This document shows positions 19,312 through 28,953 of a stretch of 64,000 bases of DNA, in pieces. The notes under the pieces were generated by a model that saw only the letters and a list, made by a program, of their open reading frames with translations, searched no databases and had not been told where the DNA came from. The stretch is from Sphingobacteriales bacterium (GTDB lineage Bacteria; Bacteroidota; Bacteroidia; UKL13-3): NCBI GenBank assembly GCA_021298155.1, contig JAJTEN010000015.1, forward strand, positions 832-64,831. The letters run 5' to 3'. Position numbers and translations under genes: made by a program. The first letter of the stretch is position 1. Each line of letters begins with the position of its first letter.

Positions 19312-20588
19312 TTTTTACCTACAACAACCTCAACGATGTTTTCTGTATCAAAGTATTTTACAGCTAATTCTTGTAATTCTTTTGAACTAGTGCTATTTAA
19401 AATGGAAACAAATTCTGGGTAATAGGTGTCTGCTAAGGTATTATCTATGATAATTTTTAGTCGGTCTGCCAAGCTAAATGGGCCATCCAAACTTTTCAGG
19501 AAAGAACCTAAATAGTAATTTTTAGCTGTTTCTAATTCACTTTGAGGGATTGGGTCAGATTGAATTTTTTTGATTTCATTGTATATTTCTGTAATGCCTT
19601 CAGTTCTGTTTTTGGTATTAATATCAGTATCTATATACCAACTAGCACCATGTAAATTGGGTTCTAATACCGAGTAAATTCCATAGGTTAAACCCTTGTC
19701 TTCTCTAATATTTTTCATTAAACGGCTACCAAAGTATCCGCCAAAAATTAGGTTTAAAAATTGTAGTTTTCTAAAATCAACATGGTTTCTACCAATGCTT
19801 ATTTTGCCTATTCTTAAAGCAGATTGCACCGAGTCGCTTTTCTCAATAAAATGTTGGCCAGGAGTTGATTGAATAGTGAAATGGCCTGTTGCATTAACCT
19901 GTCTTTCAAACACACTTGCTTTGATTTCTTGAGCTATTATATGAATGCTATTTTCTTTAAATTGGCCAGACACCATCACATATTTTAAGCCGCGCATATA
20001 ATTGCTTTCGTAAAAGCTAATGAGCTTATCTTTGCTTAACTGTTGGATATCTTCTTTGCTCCCAAATGCCGCGTATGGATGTTGTTCACCGTATATTTTT
20101 TGGTAATAATTTTTCTTACACAAATAGCTGTTTTTCTTTTCATTCACGAGTAATTTAGATAAGCTATTTTTCTTTTGAATATCTAGCTCTTTTTCTGGGA
20201 AAACAGATTGAGTTAGTGCTTCCATAAAAATGGGAAGGCAATTGCTCAAATGTTTTTCTAAACAATATAAAGTGGCAACTGCATCATCTGCATTAGCCCG
20301 TGTTTGGAAATAAGAACCATAGTAATCTAATGCTTCAGCTAATGCTAGCGCGCTTTTTGTTTGCGTGCCCTCACTTAACATGCTTGAAGTGAAACTGGCT
20401 TGTGCTGTTTGCAGTTGGTGAATTAGTCCGGCTTCAAAAATAAAGTCTAAACGTATTACAGCCTGGGTACCCGCTTTTAAAGCATACAAAAACAATTGAT
20501 TTTTAATTTCAATTTTCTGATATTCAGGAAATGACAGCTTTTCAATGGTATGAAAAGCCGGTATAGTTTTACGGTTTAAATCAATCAT
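19308..20588 (-). CDS. M16 (pitrilysin/insulinase) family protein, non-catalytic subunit type (no HxxEH)
   Basis: M16-like fold sequence lacking the zinc motif. The likely start is the internal ATG at 20588 (MIDLNRK..), which gives a 4-nt overlap with the upstream gene. Confidence 0.75.
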   Translation of the reverse strand: MIDLNRKTIPAFHTIEKLSFPEYQKIEIKNQLFLYALKAGTQAVIRLDFIFEAGLIHQLQTAQASFTSSMLSEGTQTKSALALAEALDYYGSYFQTRANADDAVATLYCLEKHLSNCLPIFMEALTQSVFPEKELDIQKKNSLSKLLVNEKKNSYLCKKNYYQKIYGEQHPYAAFGSKEDIQQLSKDKLISFYESNYMRGLKYVMVSGQFKENSIHIIAQEIKASVFERQVNATGHFTIQSTPGQHFIEKSDSVQSALRIGKISIGRNHVDFRKLQFLNLIFGGYFGSRLMKNIREDKGLTYGIYSVLEPNLHGASWYIDTDINTKNRTEGITEIYNEIKKIQSDPIPQSELETAKNYYLGSFLKSLDGPFSLADRLKIIIDNTLADTYYPEFVSILNSTSSKELQELAVKYFDTENIVEVVVGKK

Positions 20589-21694
20589 TTTGCATGGTAG
20601 TAAAGGGTGGAACAATTTTCTTCAACAAGCATGTTTTTAGCCACTTTTTGAAGTGTTTCTGGATTAACTGCTAGGTAATGGTCTATTTCTGTATTTGCAA
20701 GATTTATATCGCCCAAAAACGCCGCAAAAGCCAATTTCATCGCCCTATTTAGTAAACTAATATCTCCAAATTGAATATTGGTTTCGGTTTTATTGATCAC
20801 TTTGGTGAGTTCTTTTTCGCTCACTAGCTCACTCTTAAACAGTTCAAGTTCCTCTAAAATAGCCGATTCAGCAGTTTCAAAAGAAACGCCTTTGCTCAAT
20901 TTGCCTTCGATTAAAAACAATCCTGGGTCTGCATCGCCACTTATGTAAGTATCTAGTTCACTGAATAGGCGCTTTTCTTTTACTAATTTATTGTAAAATT
21001 TGGCAGATTTACCTCCGCCTAGAATATCTGAAAGCAAGTCGCATGCATAGTAATCTGTATCTAAACGCCCACCCATGTGATAAGCCTTTACAATCATATT
21101 TAAGGGCACATCGCTATACACATGTTCTTTGCGTGCTTCGGTTTGTTTTGGTTCTTGTGGGTAAGCATTAATTTGCGTATTTCTTCTTGGAATTGGTTCA
21201 AACCATTTCTCGCAGAGGCGTTTGGTTTCCTCTAAACTTATATTACCTGCTACTACCAGAATGGCATTGTTGGGTGCATAAAAATTAAAGAAAAAAGACT
21301 TAACTTGATCCAAATCTGCCTGTTCAATATGGCTTATTTCTTTGCCAATAGTGGCCCAATTATATGGGTGTTCTTTGTAGGCTAATGGTAAAATGCGCAG
21401 CCACACATCACCATATGGTTGGTTTAAGTATCGCTCTTTAAATTCTTCAATAACCACATTGCGCTGAACCGAAAGGCTTTTTTCGCTAAAGTCTAAACTC
21501 AGCATTCTATCGCTTTCAAGCCAAAAGCCCGTTTCAATATTGTTGGCTGGCAGGGTTACATAATAGTTGGTAATATCGTTACTGGTAAATGCATTGCTTT
21601 CTCCTCCGGCGGTTTGTAGGGCAAAATGTGAATTGTATGGCTTAAACCTCACCTTCCCATTTGGCAATAACATACGTTGCCAAGCAATTTCCAA
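20585..21694 (-). CDS. M16 family peptidase, N-terminally truncated (HxxEH zinc-binding segment absent)
   Basis: Strong M16 similarity begins at ..LQTAGGESNAFTSNDITNYY... A stop codon lies immediately upstream of the TTG at 21694. The first ~18 codons overlap the 3' end of the transporter gene in another frame. Confidence 0.7.
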   Translation of the reverse strand: MEIAWQRMLLPNGKVRFKPYNSHFALQTAGGESNAFTSNDITNYYVTLPANNIETGFWLESDRMLSLDFSEKSLSVQRNVVIEEFKERYLNQPYGDVWLRILPLAYKEHPYNWATIGKEISHIEQADLDQVKSFFFNFYAPNNAILVVAGNISLEETKRLCEKWFEPIPRRNTQINAYPQEPKQTEARKEHVYSDVPLNMIVKAYHMGGRLDTDYYACDLLSDILGGGKSAKFYNKLVKEKRLFSELDTYISGDADPGLFLIEGKLSKGVSFETAESAILEELELFKSELVSEKELTKVINKTETNIQFGDISLLNRAMKLAFAAFLGDINLANTEIDHYLAVNPETLQKVAKNMLVEENCSTLYYHAK

Positions 21695-22997
21695 TTACAT
21701 TTACAGAAGTTCTGCCCATATCCATTAAAGCATCTACCGCTAAAATGGCAAAGGCTTTTGTTGGATCAAGTCCTAATGAAGAAACAGTGCTCACTAAAAT
21801 TAAAAAGGAAGCACCACGAACCCCGGCTACCCCTTTGCTGGTTAGCATGAGAATTAAGCACATTTGAATTTGTTGACCCAAGCTTAAATCTATGCCCGAT
21901 GCTTGGGCAATAAATACGGATGCCAATGAAAGGTATAAGGTGGTTCCATCTAAATTAAAACTATAACCCGTTGGCAATACAAAGGCCACAATTTTGCGCG
22001 GAATACCTAAGTTTTCTAGTTGCTCCATGGCTTTAGGTAAAGCTGCTTCTGAGCTCGCTGTAGCAAAGGCAATAGATACAGGTTCAGTAATGGCGTCAAT
22101 AAATTTCTTAAATGGCAGCTTAACTATTAATCCTATTGGAATGAGCACTAATGCGACAAATGCAAAAAGAGCCCCATATAAAGTGCCAACCAGTTTTAAT
22201 AAGTTGCCAAGTACACCCATTCCAAGGTTAGCCACAGAATAGGCCATTGCACCCCCCACTGCAAGTGGAGCAAACAACATTACAATGTGCGTAAATTTAA
22301 ACATAACCTCACTTAAACCCTCTGAAAATAAGAGCATTGCTTTCTTTTTTTCTTCATTTTTTACCAAGGCCAAGCCAATTCCAAATAATATGCTAAATAC
22401 CACTATCTGAAGGATTTGATTCTCTGCAACGGATTTGGCGATATTTTCTGGAAAAATATCTAGGATTACATCGTGACTTTGTTTTTGCGCTAATAAGGTA
22501 TTGGCTTTTTCAATTTGGGAATTTTGGGCAGCTAGATTAGACCCCACTCCAGCTTGGGTAAGGTTTATGGCAAATAGGCCAATAACGAGTGCGACAGTGG
22601 TAACAATTTCGAAATAAATGATTGATTTTAGCCCCATTCTACCCACTTGCTTTATGTTTGAGTGTCCGGCTATGCCAACAACCAATGTGCTAAATAAAAG
22701 TGGAGCAATAATGGTCTTTATTAAGCGCAGGAAAATATCGCTTAATACCTTTAGCGGCTTGCTAATTTCAGGAAAATCACTGCCTAAAGCTACACCAATG
22801 AACATAGCCACTAAAATCCATGCGGTTAAGTTGCGTTTTTCAATGGCAAACCAGGTAGCTAACAAGAGGGCAATCCATCTTAAGCCAATAAGAATTGGAT
22901 TAGAAATTTGAATGGTTTCTTGCTCATTTAAAAAGTATAAAATGGAGAATAATCCCAATACGGATAGGGTTGCAAGTAATAGTCTTTTTGCCTTCAT
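21642..22997 (-). CDS. Dicarboxylate/amino acid:cation symporter (DAACS; GltP/DctA-like)
   Basis: 451 aa polytopic protein. DAACS-type sequence with an intact family-typical C-terminus ..NVIGNCLATYVIAKWEGEV. Confidence 0.88.
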   Translation of the reverse strand: MKAKRLLLATLSVLGLFSILYFLNEQETIQISNPILIGLRWIALLLATWFAIEKRNLTAWILVAMFIGVALGSDFPEISKPLKVLSDIFLRLIKTIIAPLLFSTLVVGIAGHSNIKQVGRMGLKSIIYFEIVTTVALVIGLFAINLTQAGVGSNLAAQNSQIEKANTLLAQKQSHDVILDIFPENIAKSVAENQILQIVVFSILFGIGLALVKNEEKKKAMLLFSEGLSEVMFKFTHIVMLFAPLAVGGAMAYSVANLGMGVLGNLLKLVGTLYGALFAFVALVLIPIGLIVKLPFKKFIDAITEPVSIAFATASSEAALPKAMEQLENLGIPRKIVAFVLPTGYSFNLDGTTLYLSLASVFIAQASGIDLSLGQQIQMCLILMLTSKGVAGVRGASFLILVSTVSSLGLDPTKAFAILAVDALMDMGRTSVNVIGNCLATYVIAKWEGEV

Positions 22998-23001
22998 GTG
23001 T

Positions 23002-23009
23002 CAAACATA
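23002..23009 (-). promoter_or_regulatory. Candidate -7 promoter box (TAtgTTTG), 4 nt before the DAACS transporter ATG
   Basis: The + strand reads CAAACATA, immediately upstream of the start at 22997. Confidence 0.35.
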
Positions 23010-23094
23010 GCAAAGTAATTTTGTAAATAATACAAATTTGCCATTAAACCAATTTCTTTTTTCTATATCTTAGTCAGACAAAACAAAATTATTT

Positions 23095-23895
23095 ATGAAA
23101 AAGCAAATCCTTTATCCATTCATTTTCATGCTTTTGATGAGCATTACTTTTTTAGCATGTAAAAAAGACAATGAGGTAGATACAGATATTACCTCGCTAG
23201 AAGACCAATCTCAAGGAGAGATGACCTTTGATTTGGTTTATTCTGAAGTAAATGAGGCTTCTGAGAATATGGGCCTTAAGAAAGCGGGATATCCGATAGT
23301 AACTGTAGACAGCAGTGTTAGTCCATACCAAATGAAAATAGATTATGGAACAACAAATTATGTGTGTAAAGATGGAAATTTACGTAGGGGAATTATTTGG
23401 GTAAAGTGGACAGGCGCCTATAGAACCCCTGGTACAAAGATCCAAATTACTTTTGAGAACTTTTATCAAAACAATAATTTGGTGGAGGGTGAGAAATCTA
23501 TCGTTAACAATGGTTTAAACGCATTGGGACAGCTTAGTTTTACCATAGAAGTTTCAGGAAAAATCACTACGCCAAGTGCAGAGACTTTTACCTGGAAAAG
23601 CAACAGAACCCGGGTTTGGGTGGCAGGTTTAAATACGGCTGCTAGAATAGATGACGTGTATGAAATTTCGGGAACAGGAAGTGGTACCAATAGAAAAGGT
23701 ATTTCATTTACCAGTGAGATTAGTAAAGTTTTGCGTGTAGTAAATGCATGTACCCATAAAATTGTCAGTGGAATTTTGATTGTAAAGCCTGAAAACAAAA
23801 TGGATAGAACAATAGATTTTGGTTCAGGCGCTTGTGATGAATTGATTAGCATAACAGTTAATGGAAAAACCAGAACCATTAGCCGCAGAAAATAA
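23095..23895 (+). CDS. Hypothetical lipoprotein
   Basis: 266 aa with a signal peptide and lipobox (ITFLACKKD). No recognisable catalytic motif. Confidence 0.55.
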   Translation: MKKQILYPFIFMLLMSITFLACKKDNEVDTDITSLEDQSQGEMTFDLVYSEVNEASENMGLKKAGYPIVTVDSSVSPYQMKIDYGTTNYVCKDGNLRRGIIWVKWTGAYRTPGTKIQITFENFYQNNNLVEGEKSIVNNGLNALGQLSFTIEVSGKITTPSAETFTWKSNRTRVWVAGLNTAARIDDVYEISGTGSGTNRKGISFTSEISKVLRVVNACTHKIVSGILIVKPENKMDRTIDFGSGACDELISITVNGKTRTISRRK

Positions 23896-24033
23896 GTAAC
23901 TTAGTTTTGATGGAGCACGTTTTTTCAGATTGATATACAATCCAGTAAAAATGTACCCTAAAATAAACCGTTTTGCAATGAACTCAAATCGAATGTTAAC
24001 AGGCAACTATCATTTTTTTAATCCGAAAAATAC

Positions 24034-24041
24034 TATATTTG
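24034..24041 (+). promoter_or_regulatory. Candidate -7 promoter box (TAtaTTTG) upstream of the 24074 ORF
   Basis: Exact TAnnTTTG match 32 nt before the ATG. Confidence 0.45.
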
Positions 24042-24073
24042 TTTAGTCTAAAATACATTGCAGATAGACTATC

Positions 24074-24688
24074 ATGACAAAAAATACTATGAAAACAACC
24101 AAACAACTTCTTACCCGTGTAATGCTTGCTGTAATAACATTAACACTACTCTCATTTGACTTACCTAGCTCTTGGTTTAAAGCAGGCAGCGATCCTAAAA
24201 GTTATGATATGGGTATAGATAAAGGTGCAGGACAAGATGGCAAAAATGCAGCTACCATTAAATCTAATACCAAAAAAGCAAAAGGATTTGGCACATTGAT
24301 GCAAAATTGTTTGCCAGACAATTACATAGGCAAGAGAGTGCGAATGACAGCTATGGTTAAAACGCAAGACGTTTCTGATTGGGCAGGTATTTGGCTTCGT
24401 GTTGATGAAAAAGAATCGAATAGTAATATCAGTTTTGATAATATGAAAGATGGCAAAAAGGATAGGTCTATTAAAGGTACCACTGATTGGACAAAATATG
24501 AAATAGTTTTAGATGTTCCAGTCAATGCCACAAATCTTGCATATGGCGCACTATTGGTGGGTACAGGTCAAGTTTGGTTTGATAATATAAAATTTGAATT
24601 GGTAGACAATACGGTACCCACAACAGGCAGAGATAATCAGTCTAAAACAGCAAATAAACAGCCGGTAAACCTTGATTTTGAGCAATAA
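24074..24688 (+). CDS. Hypothetical secreted/membrane-anchored protein, beta-rich (jelly-roll-like) domain
   Basis: 204 aa with an N-terminal hydrophobic segment. The conserved-looking block is ..GKRVRMTAMVKTQDVSDWAGIWLRVD...FDNM...GTTDWTKYEIVLDVP. Function is unknown. Confidence 0.5.
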   Translation: MTKNTMKTTKQLLTRVMLAVITLTLLSFDLPSSWFKAGSDPKSYDMGIDKGAGQDGKNAATIKSNTKKAKGFGTLMQNCLPDNYIGKRVRMTAMVKTQDVSDWAGIWLRVDEKESNSNISFDNMKDGKKDRSIKGTTDWTKYEIVLDVPVNATNLAYGALLVGTGQVWFDNIKFELVDNTVPTTGRDNQSKTANKQPVNLDFEQ

Positions 24689-24711
24689 ATACAATTAAAT
24701 AAATTGGTATT

Positions 24712-25122
24712 ATGGCTAATCGTAAGTCTTGGATCGAGAAATTAAACGATAAAAAAGAGCCCCAACTCAAGCGTATAGAAATTCAGTTTGCGGATATGCC
24801 TGCAGGAAGTAATATGTTTATTGCTACACCGCAATTAATTGATGAGTATGTAAAACAAATTGGGTTTGGCAGACGCATTGATATAAAAACCTTAAGAAAA
24901 GACCTTGCTTTGGCTCATCATGCAGATTATACCTGTCCGGTTACTACAGGTATTTTCTTACGAATTGTGGCAGAAGCAAATTACGAAAAACTGCAATTAG
25001 GAAAAGAAATAGATGAAATCTCTCCATTTTGGAGAGTAATAACACCCAATTCTCCCTTGGCTAAAAAGTTAACATTTGGGCAAGAATTTTTGATACAACA
25101 AATTAACAAGGAAGAAAGCTAA
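24712..25122 (+). CDS. Possible MGMT-family / alkyltransferase-like DNA-binding protein (no reactive Cys)
   Basis: 136 aa. The ..ISPFWRVI.. segment resembles the PCHRV / PWHRV motif region of the MGMT DNA-binding domain. The assignment is from memory only and is weak. Confidence 0.35.
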   Translation: MANRKSWIEKLNDKKEPQLKRIEIQFADMPAGSNMFIATPQLIDEYVKQIGFGRRIDIKTLRKDLALAHHADYTCPVTTGIFLRIVAEANYEKLQLGKEIDEISPFWRVITPNSPLAKKLTFGQEFLIQQINKEES

Positions 25123-25281
25123 TACAACTTGGTATGTTGTTAAATTCATATTTTTTAATTTTAGGTTCTATTTTTTGTTGATTTAAATCCATACCGATAA
25201 AAAGTTTTTCAGCCAAAATATTACACTGTAACTTTAGTAACAAATGAAACGGCCAATTAGCCGCAATTTTGTTTTGAAATA

Positions 25282-26490
25282 ATGACAGATAACATAAAAT
25301 TTGGCTTAAAAGAAAATTGGAAACAGTTTACTATTTTAGTAATTGTTAATGCTTTTGTGGGGGGAATGCTGGGGATGGAAAGAGCTATTTTTCCAATGTT
25401 TGCTGAGTTAGAATTTGGGCTTGCCTCAAAAACGTCGATGCTTTCTTTTATTACTGCATTTGGCATTACCAAGGCCATTGCAAATTATTTTACCGGACGA
25501 CTTGCCAATACATTTGGACGAAGAAATTTACTGTTATTTGGTTGGTTATTCGCTATGCCCGTACCATTCATGCTTATTTATGCTTCAAATTGGAATTGGG
25601 TGATTTTGGCCAATATGGTATTGGGTGTGAGTCAGGGTTTAACTTGGAGCAGCACAGTAGTTATGAAAATTGATCTTGTTGGCCAAAAAGATCGTGGTTT
25701 TGCCATGGGTTTAAATGAATTTGCAGGATACTTTTCCCTTGGTTTTGTTGCTTTTTTAACTGGATATATAGCCAATAAATATGGTATTACTCCTTATCCA
25801 TTTTATGTTGGAATTTTAATTTCAATTATTGGTTTTATTATATCTTTTCTATGGGTTAAGGATACCACCATTTTTATTCAAAAAGAAATCATAACAGACC
25901 GCACAAAACAGCTTACTAATGTGTTTTTAGAGACAACGTATAAAAATAAAAATTTAAGTTCTGTAACTCAGGCTGGACTGGTAAATAATCTAAATGATGG
26001 TATGATATGGGGCTTGTTGCCTATTGTACTTTTTTCGTTACATTTTGATAGTGAGAAAATAGGAATAATTACAGCTATTTATCCGACTGTATGGGGCATT
26101 GGTCAACTTTTCACAGGCAGAATATCCGACAATTACTCCAAAAAGTCAATGTTATTTTGGGGCATGTTACTGCAAGGATTAGCTATTGTATTTATCCCAT
26201 TTAGCATTAATTTTTATGTTTTAGCGTTCATTTCTTCTTTGTTAGGATTGGGAACTGCAATGGTTTATCCTACTTTTTTATCAGCAATTGCAGAGGCTAC
26301 AAGTGCTTCACAAAGAGCAGAAAGCATTGGTGTATTTAGACTCTGGAGAGATCTAGGATATGCGTTTGGTGCCATAATTTCTGGTGTTGTTGCAGATTTT
26401 TTTGGCGTTCAATATGCCATTTTAATTATTGGTATTTTAACAATTAGTTCGTCATTAGTGATTAAATTCCGGATGCCCGAACCCAATTAA
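25282..26490 (+). CDS. MFS transporter
   Basis: 402 aa, about 12 TM helices, with an MFS loop motif (GRLANTFGRRNLL). Confidence 0.85.
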   Translation: MTDNIKFGLKENWKQFTILVIVNAFVGGMLGMERAIFPMFAELEFGLASKTSMLSFITAFGITKAIANYFTGRLANTFGRRNLLLFGWLFAMPVPFMLIYASNWNWVILANMVLGVSQGLTWSSTVVMKIDLVGQKDRGFAMGLNEFAGYFSLGFVAFLTGYIANKYGITPYPFYVGILISIIGFIISFLWVKDTTIFIQKEIITDRTKQLTNVFLETTYKNKNLSSVTQAGLVNNLNDGMIWGLLPIVLFSLHFDSEKIGIITAIYPTVWGIGQLFTGRISDNYSKKSMLFWGMLLQGLAIVFIPFSINFYVLAFISSLLGLGTAMVYPTFLSAIAEATSASQRAESIGVFRLWRDLGYAFGAIISGVVADFFGVQYAILIIGILTISSSLVIKFRMPEPN

Positions 26491-26640
26491 ATCATCAAAT
26501 TTGTTGTTGAATATAGGAATCTGCGGATTGCGCAAGCATTTGTTTTTCTAGGTCCATTTTAATTATAAAAATTAGCTGTGTGTATTAAACCTTTGATTAT
26601 TTTGAGTATCTTAGGACGAAGAAAATTAACAAACTCAAAC

Positions 26641-27813
26641 ATGATTAAAATTAAATCAATTGCCACAGCGCTAATCTTAGCAAGTATTGCCTTTATTTCG
26701 TGTAATAAAGAGGAGGAAAAATCTGTTGAAGAGCAGGTATTAAACCTCCCAGAGAGGCAATTTGATTATGCTAGTCTCAACTTACCCAATCATTTTTTAA
26801 CAAATGCTGGAGGCCCTTTACCTACTTCCATTAATGGCACAGATAATACGCCCACAGATAATGTCATAACAAACGAAGGTGCAACGCTTGGAAGGGTTTT
26901 GTTTTATGATAAAAAATTGAGTGCTAACGCTACTATTTCTTGTGCTTCTTGTCACAAACAAGAAAAGGGTTTTTCAGATGAGGCGATGTTAAGTTCTGGC
27001 TTTAAAGGCGGTAAAACCGGCAGACACTCTATGTCTTTGCTCAATGCCAGATTCTATCAAAGAGGAAGATTTTTTTGGGATGAACGCGCAGCAACTTTGG
27101 AAGAACAAGTATTAATGCCATTTCAAGATACCGTTGAAATGGGTATGACATTGGGACAACTGGTAAGCAAAGTGCAAGGGCAGACGTATTATCCAAAATT
27201 GTTTCAACAGGCCTTTGGATCCGAAGAAGTTACCTCTGTTAAAATAGCAAAAGCATTAGCTCAATTTGTGCGCAGCATGGTTACTTATTCGAGTAAGTAT
27301 GATATCGGTAGGGCGCAAGTTGCTGCACCAGGGGCAATTTTTCCTAATTTTACACCTGAAGAGAATATGGGCAAAAACATCTTTTTTCAAGCAATTCCAA
27401 ACGGTGGAGCCGGATGTTTTGGTTGTCACACTACAGAAGCATTTATTAGCGCTAATATTGGACCACAAAACAACGGACTCGATGCTGCATCTACCTCTGA
27501 TTTGGGGGCTGGAGCTGTATTTCCAAATCCGGCTTTTGTAGGGAAATTTAAAACAGGTAGTTTAAGAAATATTGAACTTACTGCACCCTATATGCATGAT
27601 GGTAGATTTGCCACATTAGAGCAAGTTGTAGAACATTATAATAGCGGAGTTAAAGCGCACCCAACACTTGCTCCAGCTTTAAAAGACCCTAACGGAAACC
27701 CTATTAGGTTAAATCTTGCGCCAAATCAAAAAGCAGCATTGGTAGCTTTTCTCAAAACCTTAACAGATAATAGTGTAAGCACAGGAGTTAAATGGAGCAA
27801 TCCGTTTAAGTAA
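26641..27813 (+). CDS. Di-haem cytochrome c peroxidase (CCP/MauG family) lipoprotein
   Basis: Two CxxCH haem motifs (CASCH, CFGCH). The start is moved to ATG 26641 (MIKIKSIATALILASIAFISC, signal peptide plus lipobox). Confidence 0.88.
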   Translation: MIKIKSIATALILASIAFISCNKEEEKSVEEQVLNLPERQFDYASLNLPNHFLTNAGGPLPTSINGTDNTPTDNVITNEGATLGRVLFYDKKLSANATISCASCHKQEKGFSDEAMLSSGFKGGKTGRHSMSLLNARFYQRGRFFWDERAATLEEQVLMPFQDTVEMGMTLGQLVSKVQGQTYYPKLFQQAFGSEEVTSVKIAKALAQFVRSMVTYSSKYDIGRAQVAAPGAIFPNFTPEENMGKNIFFQAIPNGGAGCFGCHTTEAFISANIGPQNNGLDAASTSDLGAGAVFPNPAFVGKFKTGSLRNIELTAPYMHDGRFATLEQVVEHYNSGVKAHPTLAPALKDPNGNPIRLNLAPNQKAALVAFLKTLTDNSVSTGVKWSNPFK

Positions 27814-27838
27814 AATTTTTAGTTGAGAAACGGATAAA

Positions 27839-28918
27839 ATGAAGGGTACTTTTGTAAAATTAGCGATTGTTATAGTTTTCTTTTTTTCCTGTCGTAAAGC
27901 AGAGCAGAAAAACAATCCCTCAGTTGATAAAGAAGTATTTGTTTCAGCAGTTGATATTTCTAGTTTTCCAGAAATAGTAAAGTCTGATCCAACTTTCTTT
28001 GACTTAAAAGGTAACCCCAAAGATTTTCTAGTTATCCTTAAAGAATGTGGAGTAAACACCATTAGGTTGCGACTTTGGGTAAATCCACCTGGTGAAAACT
28101 CAAGTTTTGAACAAGTAAAAGAATTTGCTAAGGCCTTACAATTAAAGGGATTTAAAATTTGCTTATCTGTTCACTACTCTGATACTTGGGCCGATCCAGG
28201 AAATCAGCGTACACCTGAGCATTGGCAAGGTCTGAGTTTTTCTTCACTTAAAGACAGTGTTTATCATTACACCAAATCCATAATGACTCAAATAAAACCC
28301 GATTATATTCAAATAGGGAATGAGATTAACACAGGTTTCTTGCATCCATTTGGACATATTAACAACAATTATTCTGGTTTTATAGAATTATTGAAGTCTG
28401 CCACATTAGCCGTGAGGGAAGATTCTTCAGACTGTAAAATAATTATACATTTTGCGGGACTTAGAGGGCTGGATTGGTTTTTTAATCAAGTAAAAACAAT
28501 TGATTATGATATTATAGGCTTATCATATTATCCCATTTGGCATGGAAAATCTTTGGCAGAACTTAAACTCAATATGCAACAACTAGGTGATTTGTATAAA
28601 AAGAAGATTTTAATCGCAGAAACAGCCTATCCTTTTACACTAGCCTGGAATGATTGGACAAATAATATAGTTGGACTCAGTGACCAATTAATTTTGCCTG
28701 AATATCCCGCATTACCTGAAGGGCAGAGAAATTTTATTCATCACATCAAGAAAATTGTAGAAGAGAGTCCAACTGGACTTGGTTTTTGTTATTGGGGAGG
28801 AGAATTAATAGCTTGGAAAGGAAAACAAGCCACAAATGGATCGCCATGGGAAAACCAGGCTTTATTTGATTTTAATAACTTAGCTTTGCCGGTATTAGAA
28901 GTGTTTAAAGAAGAATAG
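27839..28918 (+). CDS. Arabinogalactan endo-beta-1,4-galactanase (glycoside hydrolase family 53)
   Basis: 359 aa with a lipoprotein signal. GH53 blocks are present: NTIRLRLWVNP, IQIGNEIN (acid/base Glu) and IAETAYPF (nucleophile Glu). Confidence 0.85.
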   Translation: MKGTFVKLAIVIVFFFSCRKAEQKNNPSVDKEVFVSAVDISSFPEIVKSDPTFFDLKGNPKDFLVILKECGVNTIRLRLWVNPPGENSSFEQVKEFAKALQLKGFKICLSVHYSDTWADPGNQRTPEHWQGLSFSSLKDSVYHYTKSIMTQIKPDYIQIGNEINTGFLHPFGHINNNYSGFIELLKSATLAVREDSSDCKIIIHFAGLRGLDWFFNQVKTIDYDIIGLSYYPIWHGKSLAELKLNMQQLGDLYKKKILIAETAYPFTLAWNDWTNNIVGLSDQLILPEYPALPEGQRNFIHHIKKIVEESPTGLGFCYWGGELIAWKGKQATNGSPWENQALFDFNNLALPVLEVFKEE

Positions 28919-28953
28919 AAATACCCTTTATTGCTTTGCTAAAAGTATAAAAA

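Noticed and set aside
21642-21694. The motif LLPNGKV at the start of the truncated M16 ORF looks like the LPNGL(K/R)V motif found near genuine M16 N-termini. That would suggest an internal deletion rather than a 5' truncation.
   Set aside because: These codons are simply the +1 reading of the transporter's conserved C-terminus (GCC AAA TGG GAA GGT GAG GTT TAA, encoding AKWEGEV*). The resemblance is a frame artefact.
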